Numbered from the stretch's first letter, positions 7,630 to 15,716 are shown. The stretch: 41,761 nucleotides of DNA from Candidatus Nomurabacteria bacterium (GCA_023267245.1 JAHFNP010000001.1:22780-64540); one strand, 5' to 3'. Translations and numbers: made by a program. The notes: generated by a model from the sequence alone, not told the origin.

Positions 7630-7986
7630 CTAGATGTTTTGTCGAATTTTTTCGGCGTTTTCTTTGAAATTGTTATCCTTGTGATTGGAGATATTTGGCC
7701 AGACCCAGACATGAGCGTGTTCTACTTCATCTCCGAAGACTTGTTCTCGGATGAGTTCTTCATTAAAAGTTTTCTGCAGGGCTTTGGCGATCTTCCTCAC
7801 CACTTCGAAATATTCACCGATATTTGGCACATCCCAGACCCATCGATAATGTTTTTTGGGAATCACTTGAGTGTGTCCCGGTCCGCGCGGATTGATATCG
7901 AGGAAGGCTAAAAAATCGTTGTCTTCATAAATAATTTCCGCTGGTATTTCTTTATTTGCGATTTTGCAAAATATGCAGTTTTCCAT
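7630..7986 (-). CDS. HIT (histidine triad) family protein with an H-x-H-x-W variant triad
   Basis: [46 protein letters not shown]...[10 protein letters not shown]. The start is the internal Met of track ORF 7630..8037, which sits 7 nt after a -10 box. Confidence 0.8.
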   Translation of the reverse strand: MENCIFCKIANKEIPAEIIYEDNDFLAFLDINPRGPGHTQVIPKKHYRWVWDVPNIGEYFEVVRKIAKALQKTFNEELIREQVFGDEVEHAHVWVWPNISNHKDNNFKENAEKIRQNI

Positions 7987-7993
7987 ATAAAAA

Positions 7994-8002
7994 AGTATAA
8001 CA
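7994..8002 (-). promoter_or_regulatory. Extended -10 box TGtTATACT, 7 nt upstream of the HIT ATG (leaderless-type)
   Basis: The minus strand reads tgttatact-tttttat-ATG. Confidence 0.5.
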
Positions 8003-8032
8003 CAAAAAAAATCCCCCAACCGTAGTTGGGGG
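8003..8032 (-). terminator. Rho-independent terminator of the 8051..8551 gene
   Basis: The minus strand reads cccccaac-tacg-gttggggg followed by attttttttt. Confidence 0.75.
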
Positions 8033-8050
8033 AACAATGCTTTTTTTTGC

Positions 8051-8551
8051 TCACTTTAATTTAGGATAAAGTTTAGAAATAAACTTTATCGCCATGTCAT
8101 GATCTCCGTCACCTATAGGGTTAGTTATTGATAACCTCATTTTTTCCCGGAATGTAAGAGTTGGTCCTATAAGATTTTGGGGAAATTTTAGAAAATTTTC
8201 TTTAATGTAAATTTGAATTTTGTCCCGATAAGCTTTTGATGTTTCTTTATCATTTTTGAGGCAACATTTCTCTACTTCTGTCATCCATAGATCAAAAAAA
8301 CCCTGACATTCCCGTATTCTTATCTTTTGTTCTTGGGTCAGTCTTTTTTCCCTTGTTGGATCCAAGAAGTTACGTCTGAATGATCTTTTTATGTCTTCTT
8401 CAGGAATTCCCTCATATTTAGCCATAGCTTCAATATTTATTTCTTTCAATTTTTTTTCAATTTTCTCTTTGTCTCTTTCGTGCAGAATATCATTTTTAGT
8501 TCTAATTTCAGTTTCTACTGTAATTCTGGTGTCAGTGGCTGTGTTGGTCAT
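8051..8551 (-). CDS. Hypothetical protein (166 aa, charged, Lys/Glu-rich)
   Basis: Long ORF with its own terminator. I recognise no motif. Confidence 0.6.
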   Translation of the reverse strand: MTNTATDTRITVETEIRTKNDILHERDKEKIEKKLKEINIEAMAKYEGIPEEDIKRSFRRNFLDPTREKRLTQEQKIRIRECQGFFDLWMTEVEKCCLKNDKETSKAYRDKIQIYIKENFLKFPQNLIGPTLTFREKMRLSITNPIGDGDHDMAIKFISKLYPKLK

Positions 8552-8637
8552 GATTTTTAAATTTTAAAGTTACTATTTATTTTTTGGGTCTGAGGAGTAT
8601 TCTACTTGAAAGACTGAATTTGTCAACAATAAGTTTG

Positions 8638-8646
8638 TGATATACT
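8638..8646 (+). promoter_or_regulatory. Extended -10 box TGaTATACT, 7 nt upstream of the recJ ATG (leaderless-type)
   Basis: tgatatact at 8638-8646, then ttctcga, then ATG at 8654. There is a weak TTGTCA at 8620-8625. Confidence 0.5.
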
Positions 8647-8653
8647 TTCTCGA

Positions 8654-10312
8654 ATGGAAAGATATCCCGAACTTTTAAGAACCCTCCTCTCAAATCGCGG
8701 AATTAATGATGCTCAACAAGCGGATACTTTTTTAAATCCCTCTTATGAGAGAGATATGCATGATCCGCTTTTGATGAAAGACATGGAGAAGGCGACAGTG
8801 CGGATATTTGAGGCGACTGAAGCTAAAGAGAAAATCCTTATCTATGGCGACTATGACTGCGATGGGATTCCCGGCAGTGTGATCCTGCACGATCTTTTGA
8901 AAAAAATTGGCTATGAGAATTTTTCTGTCTATATTCCGGATCGGCACAATGAAGGATTCGGATTACACTCTAGTGCGATCGAGAAATTCCGTGATGAAGG
9001 CGTCAATCTGATGATCACGGTCGACCTCGGTATAACCGATGTCGATGAAGTCGCTCTAGCTCAAGGCTTCGGCATCGATGTCATAATTACTGATCACCAT
9101 TTGCCTCAGGAAATATTGCCTAGAGCCTTCGCGATTTTAAATCCAAAACAAGAAGGCGATATGTATCCGGAGAAAATGCTCTGCGGGTCCGGAGTTGCGT
9201 TTAAATTGGTTCAAGGTTTTGTCGCGAAGTACGGAGAGTATTTTAAAATTAATTCCGGCTGGGAAAAGTGGCTTCTCGATATGGCCGGGATCGCAACTTT
9301 ATCCGACATGGTCCCGCTCTTGGGTGAGAATCGAGTGCTCGCTTATTACGGGATGAAAGTTTTGCAAAAGAATCGCCGCCTCGGACTCGGTAAAATTTTT
9401 AGCAAATTAAATATTGATCCGAGACATTTAACTGAAGACGATATAACTTTTATGATCGCACCTAGGTTGAATGCGGCGGGGAGGATGGACAGTCCTCGGA
9501 GAGCGTTTGAACTTCTTGCAACTAGTGATGAATTGGAAGCGGGAAAAGTCGCGGACCACCTGGCAAAATTAAATGACGAGCGCAAGACGCTTGTCGCGAC
9601 TACGATAAAAGAAATAAATAGGACGCTTGAAAAGAGGGAAGACAGGAAAATAATTGTTATTGGAAATCCGAAGTGGCGCGTTGGGATCTTGGGCCTTATC
9701 GCTTCGAAGATCGTCGAGGAGTATGAGTGTCCGGCTTTTGTCTGGGGAAGGGAAGGCAGTGAAATCATAAAGGGATCATGCCGGTCTTTCGGCGGTGTGA
9801 ATCTGGTCAACTTAATGTCCCTCACCAAAAAGGATTCTTTTCTTGATTTCGGCGGACACAAGCTGGCCGGCGGCTTTTCTGTCTCGAACGAAAAGATTCA
9901 TTTCTTGGAAGAAGAACTTTTGAAAGCCTATGATCAAATCGAGCAGGAACAAGTTTCTGATGAGGAAATTTCTGTCGACAAAAAAATATCTCTCGAAGAT
10001 GTGAATGAGCAGAATTATAAATTGATTGAGAAGATGGCGCCGTTCGGCATGGCCAACCCGAAGCCGACTTTTCTTTTTGAAGATATTGAAATAGTTGAAG
10101 TAAAAAAATTCGGCAAAGAAAAAAATCATTTGGAAATTTCTTTTGCCAGTGAAAATAGATATATGGTCCGGGCAATTGCTTTTTTCTCCGCCCCGGAGAA
10201 TTTTAAAACTTTATTGGAGAAAGGCAAAAAAATAAGTTTAATTGCCAATCTTGAAAAATCATTTTTCCGCGGCCGGCCGGAACTTCGTTTGAGGATTGTG
10301 GATATTTTTTAA
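8654..10312 (+). CDS. recJ: Single-stranded-DNA-specific exonuclease RecJ (DHH family)
   Basis: LIYGDYDCDGIPG, MITVDLGI, IITDHH and APRLNAAGRM blocks. Confidence 0.92.
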   Translation: MERYPELLRTLLSNRGINDAQQADTFLNPSYERDMHDPLLMKDMEKATVRIFEATEAKEKILIYGDYDCDGIPGSVILHDLLKKIGYENFSVYIPDRHNEGFGLHSSAIEKFRDEGVNLMITVDLGITDVDEVALAQGFGIDVIITDHHLPQEILPRAFAILNPKQEGDMYPEKMLCGSGVAFKLVQGFVAKYGEYFKINSGWEKWLLDMAGIATLSDMVPLLGENRVLAYYGMKVLQKNRRLGLGKIFSKLNIDPRHLTEDDITFMIAPRLNAAGRMDSPRRAFELLATSDELEAGKVADHLAKLNDERKTLVATTIKEINRTLEKREDRKIIVIGNPKWRVGILGLIASKIVEEYECPAFVWGREGSEIIKGSCRSFGGVNLVNLMSLTKKDSFLDFGGHKLAGGFSVSNEKIHFLEEELLKAYDQIEQEQVSDEEISVDKKISLEDVNEQNYKLIEKMAPFGMANPKPTFLFEDIEIVEVKKFGKEKNHLEISFASENRYMVRAIAFFSAPENFKTLLEKGKKISLIANLEKSFFRGRPELRLRIVDIF

Positions 10313-10315
10313 GAC

Positions 10316-10427
10316 GAGAAGCGCAGACTTTTCTTCTTAAATGCACGGATATTTTTCTACTGAAAAATTCCTCGTGTTCGCGCCGTCGCGCTCGCAAGGC
10401 ATTTCATAAGAAAAGTCTGCGCTTCTC
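10316..10427 (+). repeat. Structured 3' element, copy B (66-nt core at 10339-10404 inside a 29-bp closing stem)
   Basis: gagaagcgcagacttttctt (10316-10335) is the perfect reverse complement of aagaaaagtctgcgcttctc (10408-10427). Inner hairpins are atttttc-tact-gaaaaat and cctcgtgttcgcg-ccgt-cgcgctcgcaagg. The element starts 4 nt after the recJ stop. Confidence 0.9.
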
Positions 10428-10429
10428 TA

Positions 10430-10438
10430 TGTTACAAT
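10430..10438 (+). promoter_or_regulatory. Extended -10 box TGtTACAAT, 6 nt upstream of the rnhA GTG start
   Basis: tgttacaat at 10430-10438, then aatggt, then GTG at 10445. Confidence 0.4.
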
Positions 10439-10444
10439 AATGGT

Positions 10445-10966
10445 GTGAAACAGGATAAGATCGTTATTTATACGGATGGTTCTTCTCTCGGCAATCCGGG
10501 CCCGGGTGGATTCGGTGTAGTTATTTGGTTTCAAGAAGGAGATAGGGTTGTAGAGATCGGCAAGCAAGAAGCAGAAAAGACAACTAACAACAGGATGGAG
10601 ATCGCGGCAGCGATTGAGGCTTTGCTTGCGATCGAAAATGTTTCCGGCGAGGCGACGATATATACTGACTCAGAATATTTATTGAAAGGAATAACCAAGT
10701 GGATTTTCTCTTGGCAGGCGCGTGGTTGGAAAACCGCAGACAAAAAAGTAGTTATGAATCAAGATCTCTGGCAAAGGCTTCTTCTTTTAGTTGAAAATAG
10801 AAAGCAAGAAATTTCTTGGAAAAGAGTTCCGGGCCACGCTGGGCACTTGGGCAACGAGCGGGCTGATGTGATCGCGACTTCATTTGCGGAAGGCAAAGAC
10901 ATCACCTTTGCTCACGGTACAAAGGAAGAATATGAAAAACTTTTCGGCGGCAAACTTATTTTATAG
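10445..10966 (+). CDS. rnhA: Ribonuclease HI (GTG start)
   Basis: IYTDGSSLGNPGPGGFG, NNRMEIAAAIEAL, IYTDSEYL and GHAGHLGNERAD blocks. Confidence 0.9.
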   Translation: MKQDKIVIYTDGSSLGNPGPGGFGVVIWFQEGDRVVEIGKQEAEKTTNNRMEIAAAIEALLAIENVSGEATIYTDSEYLLKGITKWIFSWQARGWKTADKKVVMNQDLWQRLLLLVENRKQEISWKRVPGHAGHLGNERADVIATSFAEGKDITFAHGTKEEYEKLFGGKLIL

Positions 10967-13121
10967 TTTAGTTTTCGGTTTTGCGATCGGTATTTTATTT
11001 CGATCCTTTTTTGATCTCGGTTCATCTTTTATATTATTTTTGTTTTTTGTTGCGATAATTCCTCTCGCTTTTTCCTTGTCCCGCCATGGCGGTGATTTTT
11101 TATTCAATCGAGATAAAAAGATTATTTTTTCGATATTTTTCCTCGGCGCCGCGCTGGGAGTTTTCCGTTTTCATTTGGCTGACACACCTGCGCCGGAAGT
11201 TTTTGAATCCCGCGTGAACCAAGAAGTCTCACTTTCGGGCCAAGTCGTCGACGAGCCGGATGCGCGCGAAAATAATTTGAAGCTTACTGTTCTCGTATTG
11301 GAAGGCGGACAGAAAACTGAAATTTTACTTTCAGCAGACATTAATGGCGGATATAAATACGGCGATGAAATATCTTTTTCGGGTGTTCTTGAAAAGCCGG
11401 AGAATTTCAAAACCGATCAGGGGAAAATTTTTGATTATGTAAATTATTTGAGAAAGGACGGGATATTGTATTTGATGAAATATCCTAAAATTGAAATCGT
11501 CTCGCATGGAGGCAACATTATCAAGCGAGCACTTTTTTCGGCCAAAGAAAAATTCCTGGATAAAATCGGTTTAATCATTCCAAACCCGGAATCGCTCCTC
11601 ATGGGCGGTCTTATCCTCGGAGAGAAGTCTGCTTTCAGTCAGGACTTGCGGCAGTCTTTTGTAAATACTGGGACGATACACATCATCGCTCTCTCTGGTT
11701 ACAATGTGACGATTGTTGCCGAATGGATAATGAAAATATTATCTTTCCTGCCGAAGAACTTTTCGATCGGCGCGGGCGTCCTTTCTATTTTTCTTTTTAT
11801 CATTATGACCGGCGGAGCGTCGACTGCCGTCCGAGCGGGGATCATGGCGGCTCTGGCGCTTCTCGCTCGAGCGACTCGGCGCGATTATGATATCGGCCGG
11901 GCGCTCGTCCTCGCGGGCGCGCTTATGATTCTGCTCGATCCTCTGATCCTCGCATTTGATGTTTCTTTCCAATTATCATTCTTGGCGACGATTGCAGTAA
12001 TTTATATTTCGCCCAAAGTTGAAAAATATTTTCTTTGGATAAAATGGAAATGGTTCCGTGACATCGTCAGCATCACTATCTCAGCTTATATTTTCGTCAT
12101 GCCTTTTATTCTTTACAAGATGGGCAATCTTTCTCTCGTCGCCCTGCCGGCCAATATCGCTGTTCTTCCATTTATTCCTCTGACTATGATCTTAGGTTTC
12201 GTCACCGGCTTTGTCGGACTCGCTTCAAGTCTCCTCGCTTTTGTCCCGGGCCAAATCTCTTACTTTTTTTTGCACTACGAACTGGCCGCAATCGGATTTT
12301 TCTCTCGGTTCTCTTTCTCCTCAATCTCCCTCCCTAGTTTTCCACTGCTACTTACAGTTTTGATTTATATTTTCTTCTTCTACAAACTTTTTGGTTGGAA
12401 TACCAACCAAAAAGAAAATAAACCTGCCCGCAATGCTTCGCAAAGCGATGCAGGCGGGGAGCAAGAAAAAACCCAACCTCCTTTATTCCTTGAATTAAAA
12501 AAATTCAAACACAAATTTATCGCCGTCGGTCTGATGCTCGGAGTTGTTGGCTTTGGGTCTTTGTATTATTTCCATTACAAATCAAATTTGTCAGCGGTAA
12601 ATAAGTTGCAGGCTCTCCTGATAGATATTCCAGTAAAGCCTCTTGCCTTGGATCCAAGAACAAAATTGGACGGCTGCATCATTAATGGACCTTTGCCGGA
12701 TCATGAATGTTCGCCGGGAGCGGTATTCCCTGATGCGACGCCGGAGCAAATCTGCGTTTCGGGATATACCAAAACAGTTCGGAATGTGTCGATTAGCTTA
12801 AAGAGAAAAGTATACAGAGAATATGGCATACCGTATCCGCCTAAAACCGGTTCGTATGAAGCGGACCATATCATCCCGCTCGAACTCGGCGGCAGCAACG
12901 ATATAGCCAATCTTTTCCCCGAGGCGGCCGAACCACAGCCGGGATTTAAGGAAAAAGATGTGGTCGAAAATTATCTGCATCAAGAAGTTTGCGCTTACCA
13001 TGTCGCTTTGACTGTCGCGCAACAGCAAATAGCGACCGACTGGCTGGCGGTCTACGACAATCTAAGCCCAGAGGAGATCCTGGCGCTTAAACAAAAATAT
13101 AGAAGTTGGGCAGGTAATTAG
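10932..13121 (+). CDS. comEC: ComEC/Rec2-family DNA-uptake channel protein with a C-terminal HNH/His-Me-like module in place of a metallo-beta-lactamase domain
   Basis: N-terminal OB-like region (VSLSGQVVDEPDARENNLKLTVLV). Competence-domain hallmark GLILGEKSAFSQDLRQSFVNTGTIHIIALSGYNVTIVA with many TM helices. After an extra TM helix comes ...YEADHIIPLELGGSNDIANLFPE.... The start is ATG 10932 (MKNFSAANLF), which overlaps rnhA by 35 nt. Confidence 0.85.
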   Translation: MKNFSAANLFYSLVFGFAIGILFRSFFDLGSSFILFLFFVAIIPLAFSLSRHGGDFLFNRDKKIIFSIFFLGAALGVFRFHLADTPAPEVFESRVNQEVSLSGQVVDEPDARENNLKLTVLVLEGGQKTEILLSADINGGYKYGDEISFSGVLEKPENFKTDQGKIFDYVNYLRKDGILYLMKYPKIEIVSHGGNIIKRALFSAKEKFLDKIGLIIPNPESLLMGGLILGEKSAFSQDLRQSFVNTGTIHIIALSGYNVTIVAEWIMKILSFLPKNFSIGAGVLSIFLFIIMTGGASTAVRAGIMAALALLARATRRDYDIGRALVLAGALMILLDPLILAFDVSFQLSFLATIAVIYISPKVEKYFLWIKWKWFRDIVSITISAYIFVMPFILYKMGNLSLVALPANIAVLPFIPLTMILGFVTGFVGLASSLLAFVPGQISYFFLHYELAAIGFFSRFSFSSISLPSFPLLLTVLIYIFFFYKLFGWNTNQKENKPARNASQSDAGGEQEKTQPPLFLELKKFKHKFIAVGLMLGVVGFGSLYYFHYKSNLSAVNKLQALLIDIPVKPLALDPRTKLDGCIINGPLPDHECSPGAVFPDATPEQICVSGYTKTVRNVSISLKRKVYREYGIPYPPKTGSYEADHIIPLELGGSNDIANLFPEAAEPQPGFKEKDVVENYLHQEVCAYHVALTVAQQQIATDWLAVYDNLSPEEILALKQKYRSWAGN
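12427..12458. repeat. GC-rich 32-nt hairpin lying in-frame in the comEC linker
   Basis: cccgcaatgcttcgc-aaa-gcgatgcaggcggg. By hand I pair about 12 bp. It encodes ARNASQSDAGG between the last channel TM helix and the TM helix preceding the HNH module. Confidence 0.55.
12667..13118 (+). other. HNH/His-Me finger-like nuclease module of ComEC
   Basis: CSPGAVFPDATPEQICVSGYTKTVRNVS...YEADHIIPLELGGSNDIANLFPE...KDVVENYLHQEVC. The D-H...N...N spacing is typical of HNH nucleases. Confidence 0.6.
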
Positions 13122-13717
13122 ATCGCTTTTGCAAAATTTCCTTCAATTTTACTCCAGTTTAGATTCTCAAAAAAAGCTTCAACATATTTTTTCTTTTCAG
13201 AAGTTGCATAATCATAGACGAAAGCGTGCTCCCACATGTCGATCATAAGGATTGGTTGAGCCCCGTTTAATTGGCCTAAATGCTGTTCATCTACCCATGC
13301 ATTTAGAAGTTTTTTCATTTTAGTGTCGTAATATAGGACCGCCCAGCCGATACCGCGAGTCATGGCGATAGTTTTGAACCTTGCGAGCCAAGCGTCAAAA
13401 GAACCCCATTCTGATTCAATAGCTTTTTTAAGTTCTGAATCTTCAGAAAGATTGGCCGCTCCATCTTCTAAAGAAGAGAAGTAATATTCATGGTTGCGCA
13501 TGCCGTTAAATTCAAAAGCGAATCTTCTGTGCAATTCTCCTGTGACATAAGGAGCAAATGTATCTTCTTTTGCATAACCTTCGTACTCGGGAATTTTTTT
13601 CAGAATAAGGTTCGTATTTTTTACATAGCCTGAATAGAGCTTTAAATGCTCTTCGATATTTTTAGCTGAAATTCCATTAAGGACGGGGATGTTAAATTTT
13701 TGTTCTTGATATTCCAT
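13118..13717 (-). CDS. Fe/Mn superoxide dismutase
   Basis: HLKLYSGYV, NHEYYF, GWAVL and IDMWEHAFVYDY blocks. Its stop codon overlaps the comEC stop (TTAG). Confidence 0.9.
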   Translation of the reverse strand: MEYQEQKFNIPVLNGISAKNIEEHLKLYSGYVKNTNLILKKIPEYEGYAKEDTFAPYVTGELHRRFAFEFNGMRNHEYYFSSLEDGAANLSEDSELKKAIESEWGSFDAWLARFKTIAMTRGIGWAVLYYDTKMKKLLNAWVDEQHLGQLNGAQPILMIDMWEHAFVYDYATSEKKKYVEAFFENLNWSKIEGNFAKAI

Positions 13718-13776
13718 ATTGATTAGAAGTTAAATAATAATGCGTTAATTATAATCTAAAATGCGGGACGAACTCA

Positions 13777-13805
13777 TTGACAAATCAATAATTTACTGGT
13801 AGTCT
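13777..13805 (+). promoter_or_regulatory. Sigma70-like promoter TTGACA-N17-TAGTCT
   Basis: ttgaca at 13777-13782 and tagtct at 13800-13805, upstream of ATG 13846. Confidence 0.55.
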
Positions 13806-13845
13806 GATGGTAGAAATAGATCTCTAACAATTAAACTCTGAAAAC

Positions 13846-14628
13846 ATGAAAAAATCTCTGCTATTCATTGCCTTGCTTATGCCGGCAATAGGATTTACGG
13901 CAAATTCGTTTGAAATACGAAATAATAAGGTGTATCAAATTGATCACCAATACAAAACAATTAAATTTGCACTTCCAAAAAATGATGGCGCATATATTCT
14001 TGTGGGAAAAGATACCATCGAAGCATCAAATCAACACTACACTCAAGTGATTGATTCATTTTCAATCAATGGGTTAAAAACTGCAGGATTAAATATGGGT
14101 TTAAACGCGCGTTGGGCTGTTGGAAAAGCTGGCGATAGGCCAGGACTGGAAACAGTGTTTGACAGTGTGATAACGTTAGAAATTAGTAATTTTTTCTTGA
14201 AGAAAACTTGGCAAGTAGATTATTTGATTTGTGTGTTTGACCCAATTGCTAAAACATTTACTTTATCTAGAAAAATTAATCCACCAGATGTAAGTATTAC
14301 CTGGATAAGATTTTTAATTTCGCTCGTTATTATTTTGTGGTTGATGGATATATCTGTGAGACATTTTATCTCTATTGATAAAATAGCAACTAAGGGGATG
14401 GGTTGGACTGATTATTGTGTATTTACTATGCTACATCTGATGATCTTACCGTTATTTTCTATTTTCACATTAGTAATAGCGTACGCCGATACTAAACAAC
14501 TAAATACACCCTTGTATCAATTATTAATTTTATGGGCGAGTATGATCATTTTGTCTATACTTAGTACGAGAGGTGTTATAAAAATTTACAAGAAAAATCT
14601 GGTTAAAAATCCAAAAATGTCAGGATAA
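13846..14628 (+). CDS. Hypothetical membrane protein (signal peptide plus C-terminal TM bundle)
   Basis: MKKSLLFIALLMPAIGFTA, then a soluble half, then hydrophobic stretches (ITWIRFLISLVIILWLM, VFTMLHLMILPLFSIFTLVIAY, LLILWASMIILSILS). Confidence 0.65.
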   Translation: MKKSLLFIALLMPAIGFTANSFEIRNNKVYQIDHQYKTIKFALPKNDGAYILVGKDTIEASNQHYTQVIDSFSINGLKTAGLNMGLNARWAVGKAGDRPGLETVFDSVITLEISNFFLKKTWQVDYLICVFDPIAKTFTLSRKINPPDVSITWIRFLISLVIILWLMDISVRHFISIDKIATKGMGWTDYCVFTMLHLMILPLFSIFTLVIAYADTKQLNTPLYQLLILWASMIILSILSTRGVIKIYKKNLVKNPKMSG

Positions 14629-14632
14629 TTCA

Positions 14633-14658
14633 AAGCCCTTCATGAGAAGGGCTTTTTT
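14633..14658 (+). terminator. Rho-independent terminator
   Basis: aagcccttc-atga-gaagggctt followed by tttt. Confidence 0.85.
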
Positions 14659-14716
14659 AATATCACTTTTACTTGATTTGCTTAACACATATGTGTGTAT
14701 CTAAAACATGTTTAAT

Positions 14717-14745
14717 TTGACTGAACACGCATTTTAATGTATTGT
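14717..14745 (+). promoter_or_regulatory. Possible promoter TTGACT-N17-TATTGT
   Basis: ttgact at 14717-14722 and tattgt at 14740-14745. A 12-bp perfect palindrome acacatatgtgt lies at 14685-14696 just upstream. Confidence 0.35.
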
Positions 14746-14785
14746 TATAACAGAAAAAACGATAAACTAATTAAAAACTAAATAA

Positions 14786-15661
14786 ATGAAAACAAATTTT
14801 GGCAAACTAAACCCTCATCATGTTGGGTTAGTAATGAGAGAAGCCGTAAGACAGGCGATTATTGAAATCAGGAACCAGCGATTTACTTTTTCTTCTGAAG
14901 TGAAATTTGTTTCCTATAAAAAAGAGCAGGACTTGGTAACTTCAGCGGATTTTGCCGCTCAAAATATCTTCTTGAAAATCATCAAGGAAAATTTTCCTAA
15001 AGCGGGAATTGTTGCAGAAGAAGATTTTGCGTGTAAATGCACAGATCCGGATCACGATTATTATTTCACTATTGACCCGCTCGATGGCACAAAGGCATAC
15101 GGTCGGAGGCAGTCTCATGCTATCGCTACAATGATATCCTTTATTTTTGACGGAGAGATCTGTGGAGCAACTATCGGAGATGTGATGACTCAGGAGATAT
15201 TTCATACACGCCCCGGATCTTCGAAAGTGCATAGAATAAGTGAATTTCAAACTGCCGAAATATTGAAGCATATCAAAAAACCACTCAAAGATCAGTATCT
15301 TCAACTTCGTCAGGATCCACGTTCTTATTCAACTTTTGCTCAGCTTGTAACATCACCCTCCTGTGAAATAAAGCCATTTTCCGGTATTGAAGTTATGGGT
15401 GGAAGTATCGGTTTTATGTTTGCCAGACTTTGGAAGGGTGAAATAGGAGGCTTGCTGCTTGAACCAGGTAAACAATCTCCATGGGACGCGATGCCAGTTG
15501 TTGGTATTAGTCAAAAACTTGGTTATATTTTTTTGAAAGTGCCACCTCATCCATCCTATGAGATCATGGATTATAAGGCTTCAGATAAAATACAAAAGTT
15601 TGATCATGAGACTCTCGTAATACACAAGAGTAATTTAAGAGAATTGGAGTTGTTGACTTAA
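14786..15661 (+). CDS. Inositol monophosphatase / CysQ-like phosphatase family protein
   Basis: GIVAEEDF, FTIDPLDGTKAY and WDAMPVVGI, the three IMPase-family motifs in order. Confidence 0.8.
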   Translation: MKTNFGKLNPHHVGLVMREAVRQAIIEIRNQRFTFSSEVKFVSYKKEQDLVTSADFAAQNIFLKIIKENFPKAGIVAEEDFACKCTDPDHDYYFTIDPLDGTKAYGRRQSHAIATMISFIFDGEICGATIGDVMTQEIFHTRPGSSKVHRISEFQTAEILKHIKKPLKDQYLQLRQDPRSYSTFAQLVTSPSCEIKPFSGIEVMGGSIGFMFARLWKGEIGGLLLEPGKQSPWDAMPVVGISQKLGYIFLKVPPHPSYEIMDYKASDKIQKFDHETLVIHKSNLRELELLT

Positions 15662-15684
15662 AAAAATATCAGTCGGTTTTAATT

Positions 15685-15716
15685 AAAAAAGCAGAATCTA
15701 ATGATTCTGCTTTTTC
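15685..15716. terminator. Bidirectional rho-independent terminator (IMPase gene and rpmB converge here)
   Basis: aaaaaa-gcagaatc-taat-gattctgc-ttttt. Confidence 0.85.

Noticed and set aside
7536-10427. CRISPR array or CRISPR-like repeats
   Set aside because: Only two near-identical copies exist, about 2.8 kb apart and separated by genes. There is no regular repeat-spacer periodicity and no cas genes.
10884-10931. Longer comEC start (MRKAKTSPLL...) from the track
   Set aside because: It would overlap rnhA by 83 nt in another frame. ATG 10932 begins directly with the hydrophobic N-terminus expected for ComEC. The exact start is still uncertain.
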